Shown: positions 43,401 to 52,595 of the stretch, piece after piece | Numbering within the stretch: position 1 is the first letter of the stretch | How the letters are laid out: the number at the start of each line of letters is the position of its first letter | Source of the DNA: Podarcis vaucheri | Taxonomy: Eukaryota | Reading direction: 5' to 3' (one strand) | DNA length: 64,000 nt | Assembly (NCBI GenBank): GCA_965113315.1 | Contig: OZ220367.1 | Program-made: the position numbers and the translations under genes | The notes under the pieces: model-generated | Databases searched by the model: none | Told to the model about the DNA's origin: nothing | The model's input: the letters and a program-made list of their open reading frames with translations, nothing else

Positions 43401-46400
43401 AATAGGAACCATGTGACAAACTGGTATCTGTTTCTATCTGGGAAATATGTCAACCAATATTTTAAATATTAAGCCACCCTATATACTACAAAAAACCTAG
43501 TTAAAAAGCTGGACTGTACTCTCGCCAGCTGCTTTAACCAAAAAAAGTAACACATTTTTTTCCTAACCACTTTTGTTGTTTCCTGTAATCAATTCTTATC
43601 TAGTAGGTACCTTAGAAATATAAAAGCCAACCTATACCCTCTCTTTGTTATTTGCTGCTGTATGACCACCTTATAACAGGGATGGCTAACCTCAGTTCAG
43701 GTCTGATCTGACCCCTTAAGCAATTTTTTTCTGGCCCTCCCAGAACTCTGATTTTTGCTGCAGAAGCAAAAAAGAAAGAAAATGAAACAGACACAGTGCT
43801 GGAGTGGGAAGAGCCCAGTGCCCCAAAGGGAATTCAAATCATTCTCCAGTGTCATGAGATTGATCATCTGAGCAGAGAGGGAATGATAATCACTCTCAGC
43901 GTGGATCAGCTGGGGTGGGGAGGCTGTCTGCCTGTGGATATTTTGTGTAAGAGTGTCTGCACACATGCAACATGCAAGTACATTAATGAGTGTGTGGCAG
44001 CCACACCTACTACTGGAATGGGACCCCTAAGTGAATCCCTCAAGTCAAAGAAAGCTACCCTGCCTTACAGAGAGAAAACTCAATTAGCATGCTACACAAA
44101 TTTTCTATCAAAATACTAACCTTTTATGAAATCAGCAACATAGGGCCTGATCTATCAAGAAAAATGGCTCTCTTGCTTTAAGCCTCTGTGAGAAACAGTT
44201 ATATTTCAGTAATTGGGATGAGTTCATGAGTTTGAAGCCCCTGCGTTATCTCATCCTCCTGTGTCTCAAGGTCAGCGACTGGGCCTGCTAATTGAGAATC
44301 GACTTCAGCTGTGAGAATGAACATATGCCCAAGTTCAGGAAGTTTCTAAGCGTTTTCATTGGCTCAGGGGACTCACCCCAGTTGCTATACCTTTTTACTA
44401 TAAAGTTAGCCATTGCCTTCACCCCTTTGTCTCTTCTTTCCTGTTGCTTGTACCTGTTTCTTTGTAACATCTGCAAGATCCTATTTCTGTGCTAGGGAAG
44501 CTTTCGGGTCACAGTTTTAGAAAGTTAGTTTCATGATTCCATTCATAATTGTCAATTGTATTTAAGATCTGCACTTTTTATGGGACTTTCACATGCTTTC
44601 CCCTTTTCTTTTGAATAACTATCTCATTTAGGATGGGTGTCTGCCTTTTGGGATAAAGCCTTTGTACTGAATCCAGTTCCTAAGTGCCCTGCTTTTAACT
44701 TCTCTTTCTCTGATATCCTAGAAGCATCCAGTAAGGGTCTCTCAGCCCAGGCTGGTTGGACTTAAGGAGCAGTGGTAGTATACTACATTGCAGGGTTGGT
44801 TTTATACCCTGCTCAGTAGACAAGATCTGAAACATCAAGAACTGTGCCCAGGGATTTGAGGTAGAAGTTATTGACATCAATGTAGCCCACAACTGTGACA
44901 CATTTCAGATTCAATGATACACTGGTACTATAAATCTAATGGGATCAAGATAAAGTAAAAGAGCATAATTTCATACTCTGACATTGAAATGGAGATACTC
45001 TGTTAGCAAACAGGAGCCACAGCCCCCCCCCAAAAAAAATGGGGGGGGAGAGTTAAACCTTTTTCTGGAGATGACAGAATTTCTTGTTAATAAGAAAAAA
45101 TAACAAACAAAGTGAACAAAAGGCGTAACAGTGTAGGATGGGAGCCTGGATGGATGATCTCATTGTATTAGCACTGGCAATGTCCAAACATTCATAGGGT
45201 GGATAGAAAATCCAACTACTGTCTATTGCTGCAGCAAAACGAAGCTATCTTCTGTTGTGGGATTCAGCAACTACTATTTGATCAATGAATTAAACATTGT
45301 GCCCAACTGGAACGGTATCCTCAATTCACCTTTTAAAAAATCAGTATTGATAATGTATTAAAAAGTTCAAAGAACATTTTAGAAGTACCATTTCCTCCAG
45401 GAAGACACAGAAGGAGGGCTGAGATATCAAATCATCTGAAGAACTTTTAATGTGCAAATGTACGCAGATTAACTAAAAATTAAATGGGAGATAGCCCTAC
45501 TTCTGATGTTGTGTACAGTACATGCATGTGGTGCACACACAGGCAGGAAAGAATAATTAAAGCATGAAATAATCTGCAGTATTGCCAACTCATTTTATGG
45601 ATTGTGTTGTTGAAACCTTTGTTCCACTTCTTTAAAAAATTTACTGATGTGGGTGTGTTGGCCTAATTACAACAGAATTAAGGGATGCATTTATTTCAAA
45701 CATATATCAGAGTATTAAGTTACCTTTGGTGAAAGCTTCTCAGTCATCCTTTCTTAACAATATGTTAGCAACAGATTTATATTTAATAAATAGATCAAAT
45801 AATTTTTATAATAGTTCTTAAATTCAAAAATCTTGCTACTACATGACACATTCACTGGAAACCTGTACAACCTGATCTTATTTATGTTTAGTGGTAGGCA
45901 ACTCCCACCAAGTTCAATGGAGCTTAATTCCAAGAGCACTTTGTTGCACCTCATCTTACCATTTACATTAACCTAAGCCTATACATTTTCAAAGCTTTGC
46001 ATGCTTTTGTTCAGCAATGTGGTTGTTCTTCCTCATACAGACCAATGTGTCAGAAAACAGATGCTCTATATACCTGCTGTATATTGTACTTAAACGACTG
46101 TATTTAAACTAACTGTTGCCTCATTTGTATTTAAGTATGTTTTCTGAGTACAAGCCAAATCCTACTCTGTTCAATTATGGCATACCTTTTGAATTCAAAA
46201 TGATTTATGGTGCAATTGTACAGCTGTCTACTAAGAAGTCTTATTTAGTACAGTGGGGGCTTACTCCCAAGTAAGTGTGTTTAGCATTGCTGCATGTGTT
46301 CTATGAAGTAAAACAGTTGTTAAACAGTGTCAAAACCACAGTTTTGAATGGGTGGGGAGAGAAGCTTCCTTCCTGTGGAACAACTTATAAAGGTGTCTAA

Positions 46401-47690
46401 TGAATTCCTAACTTACATAATGTTGGGCTAACATGGTTCCCGATTCTTGATCTAAACAAAGTTGTCTGCACTGTGTTTTTAAGTCCACATGAAAGCCATG
46501 CAAGCATTAAAAGCTAATCCTCTTCAAAGACAACGGGGATCTGATAAACCTGTTACGTACACACTTGCAGGGAAGTACTTTCCATCAGCCCTGTAGGTAA
46601 ACAACTAATATTGCCAACTCATGCAAAACAGTCGCACTTAAAGAACAGCAACACGATATTGCAAAACCCTCGCCTGCATGCATGTATTTTGTGCTCTTGT
46701 TTCTGACATCCACACACACTAAGAGAAAAGCATTCGTGTACCGACGGCGACACAGTATTTAAAGACGATCGCAGTTTGCGAAGAAAAAAACTCGATTTCC
46801 CAATTTTTTTCTGCGAAAAAAACATTCTTTCGCTCGAATTTCAGCGATCGTTCGCCGCTTGCTAAGTTCTCCCCTTAGTAAACGGGTTACGACCAATGTG
46901 ACGTTGAATTCCTCCCATTAAAAACATGACTCCCAGCAAAAAATACAAGGGGTGGGCGCAGGGGTAGGGAAAAGAAAACAACCACAGCCACCATCGAGCG
47001 TTATTTGCGCCAGCTGTTTACGACCTGCTTACTCCTACTTGCGCCACTACACCCGACTCAATCGCTTGGGGGCTATTTCGCAGCCGCATACGACCCCCTT
47101 TCTTGCCTACCAGAGTCACTTCGCAGACTCGGAGAAAGAGGCCGCTACACCGCCCCCTCCCCTCAAAGCCAAGCCTCCCTCCTTAAACAGCTCAGTGCCA
47201 GAGTCCACCTTCCCTTCCCCCACGGCCTCGCATTAGCGCTGATTCACCCGCTCCCAGGTAGAGGTCCCCCTCCAAAAAAAAAATCACACACATTTAACCG
47301 CCTGTTATACAACCAGGGCAGAAACCCGGGTGGCGGGGGGTGGGGTGGATATCTCTCTCCTCGCGCCGCCTCAACGGCTTACACAACGGAAAGAGGGAGC
47401 TGGGGGGCGCGCGCACACACACACACACATCTCCCCCCACACCCACACCGTTAATACTACTGCTGCTGCTACTACTACTACTACACTGGCACACAACACC
47501 CCCATTTTGGGGCAACGGCGCGCCGCGTGGCGGAGGAGGTGGGGAAGGAGACACGATACCCGGAGACGAAGAGCCGCTGTCGCAGCGAAAGCAGGCGAGG
47601 CGGAGCGAGAGGCCGGGCGAAGCAGCAGCCCCAGGAGAGCAGCACAGTCCGGCTGAGGAGAGGAATAAGCCGGGGGAACCACTGCCGCAT
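635..47690 (-). CDS. IDE: Insulin-degrading enzyme (insulysin, M16A zinc metallopeptidase), spliced CDS exons 1-24; final exon outside window
   Basis: 23 fully visible GT-AG exons plus a partly masked exon 15 translate in a continuous frame to a protein closely matching vertebrate IDE, including the inverted zinc motif HFCEH (35199-35213). Confidence 0.99.
1009..1081 (-). CDS. IDE: IDE exon 23 ([24 protein letters not shown])
   Basis: 73 nt, tag|...|gtaagt. Confidence 0.96.
2135..2154. repeat. (GT)n microsatellite
   Basis: Read directly. Confidence 0.9.
3352..3855. mobile_element. hAT-type non-autonomous DNA transposon (MITE)
   Basis: Imperfect TIRs CAGAGGTTTTCAACC / GGTTGAGAACCACCA; 8-bp TSD AGTTAGAC / AGTTGGAC (7/8). 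Confidence 0.8.
4586..4647 (-). CDS. IDE: IDE exon 22 ([20 protein letters not shown])
   Basis: 62 nt, cag|...|gtaag. Confidence 0.95.
5291..5563 (-). CDS. IDE: IDE exon 21 ([18 protein letters not shown]...ISQQYNFDR)
   Basis: 273 nt, caag|...|gtaag. Confidence 0.98.
6040..6207 (-). CDS. IDE: IDE exon 20 ([16 protein letters not shown]...[10 protein letters not shown])
   Basis: 168 nt, tag|...|gtaaa. Confidence 0.98.
   Translation of the reverse strand, partial: EVGSSINRGTRFITIVALKYIIKQICKAPQRICFWSSSVKSSQSLASIPCALKNS
6362..6619. mobile_element. Tc1/mariner-superfamily (pogo/Tc2-like) MITE
   Basis: TIRs CCGTTCTTTTTGCTCTATAAGA / TCTTATAGAACGAAAAATACGG, flanked by TA on both sides. Confidence 0.8.
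7170..7281 (-). CDS. IDE: IDE exon 19 ([37 protein letters not shown])
   Basis: 112 nt, cag|...|gtaag. Confidence 0.97.
9628..9719 (-). CDS. IDE: IDE exon 18 ([30 protein letters not shown])
   Basis: 92 nt, tag|...CAG|gttgg. Confidence 0.97.
12588..12708 (-). CDS. IDE: IDE exon 17 ([40 protein letters not shown])
   Basis: 121 nt, ttag|...|gtgag. Confidence 0.98.
13454..13564 (-). CDS. IDE: IDE exon 16 ([37 protein letters not shown])
   Basis: 111 nt, tag|...|gtaag. Confidence 0.97.
15470..15633. other. N block, 164 nt
   Basis: Counted directly. Confidence 0.99.
15490..15634 (-). CDS. IDE: Probable IDE alternative exon 15b, almost entirely masked by Ns
   Basis: A long pyrimidine tract plus ttag|T runs directly into N block 15470-15633. 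AG (exon 14) + T = Ser, as expected for 15b, and the position downstream of 15a fits. The exon body is not visible, so this is inference. Confidence 0.6.
16099..16246. other. N block, 148 nt
   Basis: Counted directly. Confidence 0.99.
16119..16263 (-). CDS. IDE: IDE exon 15a (S-P-F-A-Y-V..., remainder masked by Ns; lower boundary inferred from the 145-nt vertebrate length)
   Basis: Visible on the minus strand: ttttcttccag|CCCATTTGCTTACGTGG (16263-16247) = (S)PFAYV, then N block 16099-16246. Confidence 0.85.
16453..16491. repeat. (GACA)n(CA)n microsatellite ~190 nt upstream of the exon 15a acceptor
   Basis: Read directly; reads as UG-rich on the IDE pre-mRNA. Confidence 0.9.
18737..18787 (+). 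mobile_element. Truncated hAT-like squamate MITE end
   Basis: CAGGGTTTCCCAAACTTGGGTCTCCAGCTGTTTTTGGACTACAATTCCCA; related degenerate copies at ~11672-11755 and ~57680-57770. Confidence 0.55.
19655..19737 (-). CDS. IDE: IDE exon 14 ([27 protein letters not shown])
   Basis: 83 nt, cag|...AG|gtatg. Confidence 0.97.
20420..20542 (-). CDS. IDE: IDE exon 13 ([41 protein letters not shown])
   Basis: 123 nt, gtag|...|gtaag. Confidence 0.97.
21215..21585. mobile_element. GC-rich hAT-type MITE
   Basis: CAG...CTG ends with imperfect TIRs; perfect 8-bp TSD ATTGTAAG (21207-21214 and 21586-21593). Confidence 0.85.
21648..21750 (-). CDS. IDE: IDE exon 12 ([34 protein letters not shown])
   Basis: 103 nt, ttag|...|gtgtg. 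Confidence 0.96.
22002..22024. repeat. (AG)n microsatellite
   Basis: Read directly. Confidence 0.9.
23951..24054 (-). CDS. IDE: IDE exon 11 ([34 protein letters not shown])
   Basis: 104 nt, gtag|...|gtaag. Confidence 0.97.
25092..25172 (-). CDS. IDE: IDE exon 10 ([27 protein letters not shown])
   Basis: 81 nt, ttag|...|gtaagt. Confidence 0.97.
25751..25842 (-). CDS. IDE: IDE exon 9 ([30 protein letters not shown])
   Basis: 92 nt, aag|...|gtatg. Confidence 0.97.
26105..26187. repeat. Short dispersed palindromic repeat (gagtaagccccattgaattcagcaggacttact), related copies at ~34445-34508, ~35980-36055, ~46215-46292
   Basis: The same GTAAG...CTTAC inverted core recurs at several intronic positions. 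Confidence 0.55.
27243..27335 (-). CDS. IDE: IDE exon 8 ([30 protein letters not shown])
   Basis: 93 nt, cag|...|gtaagt. Confidence 0.97.
27426..27648. mobile_element. Tigger/mariner-like MITE
   Basis: TIRs CAGTGGTACCTCGGGTTA / TAACCCGAGGTTCCGCTG; TA TSD. Confidence 0.85.
28241..28403 (-). CDS. IDE: IDE exon 7 ([13 protein letters not shown]...[15 protein letters not shown])
   Basis: 163 nt, cacag|...|gtaag. Confidence 0.98.
28775..28887 (-). CDS. IDE: IDE exon 6 ([37 protein letters not shown])
   Basis: 113 nt, acag|...|gtggg. Confidence 0.96.
29616..29738 (-). CDS. IDE: IDE exon 5 ([13 protein letters not shown]...AVCVLGR)
   Basis: 123 nt, gtag|...|gtaag. Confidence 0.97.
30181..30850 (-). 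mobile_element. 5'-truncated L1/Tx1-clade LINE 3' end (ORF2 C-terminal zinc-knuckle region)
   Basis: ORF 30420-30830 contains [17 protein letters not shown]...YWEMIH...LLG...TTAAAR; A-rich tail with AATAAA near 30193 on the minus strand. Confidence 0.75.
32722..33395 (-). mobile_element. Second 5'-truncated L1/Tx1-clade LINE 3' end
   Basis: ORF 33040-33360 (KPEAYLLG...[16 protein letters not shown]...PTKEEW) is homologous to the 30420-30830 ORF; T-rich 3' UTR and AATAAA near 32725. Confidence 0.75.
33650..33819 (-). CDS. IDE: IDE exon 4 ([29 protein letters not shown]...FSKFGT)
   Basis: 170 nt, cag|...|gtat. Confidence 0.98.
35044..35251 (-). CDS. IDE: IDE exon 3 ([22 protein letters not shown]...EGALD), HXXEH zinc-binding motif
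   Basis: 208 nt, atag|...|gtgagc. Confidence 0.98.
36254..36438 (-). CDS. IDE: IDE exon 2 ([16 protein letters not shown]...SAALDVHI)
   Basis: 185 nt, ttag|...|gtat boundaries; contains [17 protein letters not shown]. Confidence 0.97.
37909..38323. mobile_element. Tigger/mariner-like MITE with repeated TCGCAAGACGAA subterminal motifs
   Basis: TIRs CAATGGTACCTCGCAAGACGAA / TTCGTCTTGCGGGGCACCACTG; TA TSD; CpG-rich. Confidence 0.85.
40446..40800 (-). mobile_element. CR1 LINE 3' fragment (internally deleted)
   Basis: Translates to [12 protein letters not shown] (RT catalytic motif); reverse complement of the CR1 3' end (...ccttccaagcttacaattctatgat) at 40446-40470. Confidence 0.85.
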
Positions 47691-48620
47691 TACTATATCC
47701 CGGCCCTGCCTGTTGTCGCCGGTGCACAAGCCCGGCCTACCTCTCCGCCGCTCCTCCCTCAGCTGAAGCCGCTTCTGGCCGGCGGAGGCGCCATTTTCTC
47801 TGCTCTCGTTTACCCGGCGGAGTGTCGCTGCTGCTGCCCTCGCCCACCTCCTCCTCCTCCCTTCAGCCCCGCGCCGAGGCCTGGAAGCACTTCTGCTGCT
47901 CCTACCTGGGGCCGAGGGGAACCAAGTCGCCTTCCTGCGGAGGGACCGCTAAGAGAGAGACCGAGGGCGGCGGCGGCGGCTGCAGAAGCGACGCGGCGGG
48001 AAAGCGCCTGTTGCTGCTGCTGCTGCTGCTGCGGTATAAAAGGAGCAAAAGGCCGCGGAGCTGTCTGCTGCTCTCCTCGATCGCGGGGTCGAGGGATTCC
48101 CGTTATGGAGAATGATGACAGCTTGGTTTCTAAGACACTCGCCCTTTGCACGCTTTGCTTCGATAGTCGACCCCGTTTTAACTTCCGAGTTAAAAGCATG
48201 CACGTGCGAAAGGAACTAGCATATGGGTGGAACGCCCCAGCGCGCGCGCTCTCATTCTGCTTCTCCGGGAGACCCTCCTAACTATATACACTTACCTAGG
48301 GGGGGAGCGAGTCTTGCCACCATCCACTGGATTTTGCTTCCGATTAAAATGGGTTAGGAGACATCACCGCTTGAGCCCGGCATCCTTCCGATTCCGGAAG
48401 AACAACGCGATCTGCGGCAGGGGCTGTTGCCGGCGGATGGCTTGCTCGGCACGAGCGTCGGCAGACAACAGCCTACTAGACGGTTGTACGTATGCGAAAT
48501 CGGCTGCCCCAGTAATGAAGCAGTTGGAAGGCAGCATCACCTGTCTCCTGTGTGGGATCCTTTTTTAAACAGCCAGATCCGATGCAGCTAGGCGCGCCTA
48601 TGCCTTTTGATTTCGATGGG
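46720..48620. promoter_or_regulatory. CpG island / IDE promoter and first exon
   Basis: Dense CpG and high GC around the IDE ATG, in contrast to the CpG-depleted introns. Boundaries approximate. Confidence 0.85.
47560..47690 (-). CDS. IDE: IDE coding exon 1 ([10 protein letters not shown]...RLFVSG), Arg/Leu/Ser-rich presequence
   Basis: ATG at 47690 inside a CpG island. 131 nt ending at GG|gtatcg, phase-compatible with exon 2 (G|CTT). Confidence 0.8.
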
Positions 48621-49525
48621 CTATGCGCTAAGCTGCATAGAATCGGTGTAAGGACAAAAAGGGCTTCAGAAATACCGGTAATCTGTGAAATGGCAACGGT
48701 AAAATCAAGCTAAATGATCAAGGCGCACGTGTATTGGCACAGAGGCAAAAACTAGCCTTGGGCACAAACTTCAGCGTCCTAAGAGTTTCTGTTTATTATT
48801 AAAGGAAAGTTCTAGCCCTGTAGTCTGAAATATAGGTTCCTTCCTACATTCATGTTTGCCTCTCCCTGAGATTAAAAGCAAAACAAATTATGCAAATAAG
48901 TACAAATACCCTGTTTTGAATTTACATATTCATATAACTAGTTTTGTGTGGATGAGACCAAATGTCCATCTAGGAGTCTAGTGTTACATTTCCAGCTATG
49001 ACTAGCAAGCTACTTGTTGAAAACTTAAAAGCGTACCATGAAGACAACAGCCTCTTCCTGTTCTTTGTCTCCAGCACCTGGTCATAAAATTCATCTTTTT
49101 TCACAGAATTTTATTGATCTTGGTGTAAAATTCTGGTGTTAGTGGGTTGTTGTTGTTTTTCCCTTTTAAAGCACAAATTATATGCAGGCTGGTATTTAGG
49201 CAAACTTCATAAGACGAGCCTGCTGGATCAGGCCAATACCCCTTTCCTAGTCCATCATCCTGAAGTATAATGGGGGTAGGTCATGAAGATCTCAGGGTAT
49301 TTCTGCAAGGCAGGAATCTTTGGAAGAATTATACAGGCCTATAAAATCAGTACAAAAGTTCCCATTAACTTTAATTGCTGCTTTCAAGCTTGTTCTGTTT
49401 GGCTGATGATGTATAATTTAAAAAAAAGACTGTTAATTTCTTCTTCCAAAGTTGTTGTACAGATGACATTTGACATGGTTTAATTAGAGTAACATAATTC
49501 AGACTTCCAGGAATATTAAACACGT

Positions 49526-49776
49526 GGAATCAGAGAATTGTATAAGGAAGGACCCCGAGGGTCATCTAATCCAACTCCCTGAAATTCAGGAATCTCAACT
49601 AAAGCATTCATGACAGATGGCCATCCAGCCTCTGCTTAAAAACCTCCAAGGAAGGAGAGTCCACAACTGCCTGAGGGCGTCTGCACACATTCCACCTCTG
49701 CACACATTCCAGTTTGCCAATATCCTCCTCAAATTGTGGCACCCAGAACTGGACAGAGCATTGGTGCCAAGGTCTG
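49526..49776 (-). mobile_element. CR1 LINE 3' fragment
   Basis: Translates to SVQFWVPQFEEDIGKLECVQR...VVDSPSLEVFKQRLDGHL, typical of the CR1 ORF2 C-terminus. Confidence 0.85.
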
Positions 49777-51743
49777 TGTGACATGGAGGGGGGTGCTTGT
49801 TGTGTGCGCATGATGTTACATGTTTGACATATGTATGACATCACACATATCAGGAGGAGGCCGCAAGGCCCAGGGAGGTCTGCTGCCACCAGTTAAGCCT
49901 GATAAGGCCTTCCGCCACCACAGGGAAGCAGCTCATTGCCTGACATGCATTCTGGGTCTTATTAACCCTATAAACAATAATGGCTCCCAGTGGGTTTTTG
50001 ATGAAGGGCAACTAGGCCAGTCGGGCCTCCTGAAGCAACAGCTGTGATGGAAAAGTTTGTTTTGCTTGGCAGGTTGGGTCAACAAGTGTTTTCTGTTTCT
50101 TTTTCCCTGCCAGCAAATGGTTAGCAAACAGCAGCTTATGATTTGACTGGGGGTTCCAGGAGGGGGAGTTGAAAAGGAGAGGATTTGGAGAGACAGTTTT
50201 TAGTTTGGGATAGAGTAGGTTGGGAGAATAGGTAGGGAGACGGGGAGTGAGAGGAAAGAGTTTGTTCTGGGTAGAAACACCCACTCTAAGGAATATATCA
50301 CAAGCTGGACAAAGGAGTCTCTGAGCTTATTGTGAAGGACAGTGTGTGGTGTCCTGTAAGAGTAATTAGGCCAGGAATTAACTGGGAGGCTGAGCCAGGA
50401 GAAGTAGAAGCTGTGAGAATACAGTCTACTTAGGTCTCATTCCAGTCAGGAGGGGAGAGATTCTTCTACGAAAAGAGAAGACTGCCAAACCACTTAAGAG
50501 GGGTGTGGAGATCCCTTGAGTCTGTTACTTGGAGTATCTCAGGAGTAGGGTTGTCTAAGGGGTGTGGAACTGACAGGAAGTACCACCTTGTTTTAAGAAC
50601 CAAAATATTAAGTGGCAACAGCTGTGCAACAACAGAGCACTGAAGTAAAATATAATCTGAAGTATCCTATGTTTTACCCACTTGTGTCATAAACTTCCTT
50701 TGTTAAATAAAATATTGTTTATTTGATCAAATCCTGCTTGAGACTCCAAATTATTAAGTTTTCCCTCACACAAGTCCCCCACAAGATAATCTGGGGTAGT
50801 TTGTGGGAATTTGTGGAACTGGTGTTCTGTGAGGTGGGTGCACTATATTTAAGTGAGGATGAGCCCAACGGCACCGGGGGGGGGGGGGAGGCCGTTGCAC
50901 CATCACATATTAATTGGTGGCAGCACCGTGATGCAAAGTTAAAACCCACACAGAAATGTACCCAGAGATACAGAACAACCAGTTTAATAAAGTATTGAGG
51001 ATATTTTATTAAAAGAAGAAAAAAAATCTGTCAGAAAATGACCAGCAAGCGCCAAGCAAAAGAGACTCGGGATGACCCAGTGCAGGGAGCTGCTGCATTT
51101 GAGGAGAATCCTAATACTGAATTAGAAATGATGAGGCTAAGATTAGAATTGGCTAAAGTTGAAGCAGAGAAAGAAAAACAAATTAAAGCAGAAAGAGAAA
51201 AGGCCAGAATCGCAGCTGACATTCAGGTAGCACAGATACAGGCTGAGAGAGATATGGCAGAGAGAGAAGATTAGCTCATGAGGAAAAAAGAGAAAGAAAG
51301 AGATGCCAGATTAGCCCAAGAATACAGAGAAAGGGAGACCAAGATGGCCCATGAAAAAGACATGTTTCTTTTAAAAATGAAGGAAATTAAGCTGAGAGCA
51401 GAACTGCCACAACCATTGTTGCGGGGTGAAGATTTTACCTCAACTAATATAAAGAGATTTCCAAAGTATGTCAAAGGTGATGATGTACAGGCATTCCTGT
51501 TTAGTTTTGAACGGACCTGTAAAGATTTAAATATTACTGAGGAAAACTGGATGCTGTACTTACGCCCACAGATATGTGGAATTTTGAGTGAAATATTAAT
51601 TTGTGATTTTTGAGAGAAGATGAAACCTCACATTTAAAGAAAGAGTGAAGGTGCTTGGTGTTCTGTGAGGTGGGTGCACATATATATTTAAGTGAGGGCC
51701 GGCCCGATGGCACCAGGTGGGAAAGTGCCATTGTGCCGTCACA
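49777..51743 (+). mobile_element. Gypsy (Gmr1-like) LTR retrotransposon remnant: 5' LTR 49777-50907, PBS 50915-50924, gag pseudo-ORF 51038-51613, diverged LTR 3'-end copy 51656-51743
   Basis: TGTGAC...ATCACA termini; AATAAA at ~50706; TGGTGGCAGC after the LTR; gag-like motif FPKYVKGDDVQAFLFSFERTC...ENWMLYLRPQICG; 50820-50907 repeated at 51656-51743. Confidence 0.8.
51038..51613 (+). pseudogene. Retrotransposon gag-like ORF (coiled-coil plus capsid N-terminal region), one in-frame TAG at 51272-51274, truncated
   Basis: ORFs 51038-51274 and 51278-51613 share a frame; an E/K/R/A-rich helix is followed by the DDVQAFLFSFER motif. Confidence 0.7.
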
Positions 51744-52359
51744 ACAGCTGAACCTCATAACTGAGGACAGTTGCACAAAAACTGTTTCATATGTTAATGG
51801 AAGTACTGATGTTCTGCCCTTTCAATAATATCCTCCACCAGTTGCTGAAAAACCAACATTCTTGCAAGTCCTGCTGGCTTTGAGGTTGGGGTGTTTGCTT
51901 GTTCTTTTGACATCCACTTGCCGTAGGAACAAGGGAACTATGGGGCTTGCTGTCACAGAAAGAGCTACAATCAATGGAGTACAAATCTTAGAACTTCCAG
52001 TACATACACAGATTTGTGCTCTCAATCTCAGTCTCCCTTCTTTTAACAGGAGTGGCAGAAGGTGGAGTAGGTTCTGGTGGTAAACCTCTGAGGAAACTGA
52101 AGAAATTTGACAAGGAGCCCTCAGTTGTTTTAGCAGCAATATAAAGACTCACCATCCACCACATGCTACTGAAATGAAGTTGAGAGATAGGGAGTGTAAC
52201 CAGAATGGGTAACCAGAAGTAGCTTTTTGAGTCAGCTCATTTAAGTTACGGTATTCAAAATGAATTGCCGGGCTCCAAATTCTTTTATTCTAAATGTGCC
52301 TCTTTTGCACGTAACTCCATCTGAGTCTATCTTGAGGTCGTAATGAAAACAAAATAGAT

Positions 52360-52595
52360 CAGGCATCAGCAAACTTTTTCAGCAGGGGGCCGGTTCACTG
52401 TCCCTCAGACCTTGGGGGACGGATGGACTATATTTTGAAGGGGGGGGGGAATGAACGAATTCCTATGCCCCAGAAATAACCCAGAGATGCATTTTAAATA
52501 AAAGGACACATTCTTCTCATGTAAAAACACACTGATTCCATTTAGAAGACGATTGGGCTGGATCCGACCCCCGGGCCTTAGTTTGTCTACCCATG
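52360..52595. mobile_element. hAT-type MITE
   Basis: Ends CAGGCATCAGCAAACT / AGTTTGTCTACCCATG; perfect 8-bp TSD AAATAGAT (52352-52359 and 52596-52603). Confidence 0.85.

Noticed and set aside
47551-47559. IDE intron 1 donor GTATCG as a possible U12-type site
   Set aside because: The U12 consensus is GTATCCTT; here it is GTATCGTG, and the acceptor is an ordinary pyrimidine tract.
47340-48281. 313-aa + strand ORF and other overlapping ORFs in the IDE CpG island
   Set aside because: Low-complexity Pro/Ala/Gly/Cys runs from GC-rich DNA and triplet repeats, antisense to IDE exon 1, no recognisable domain.
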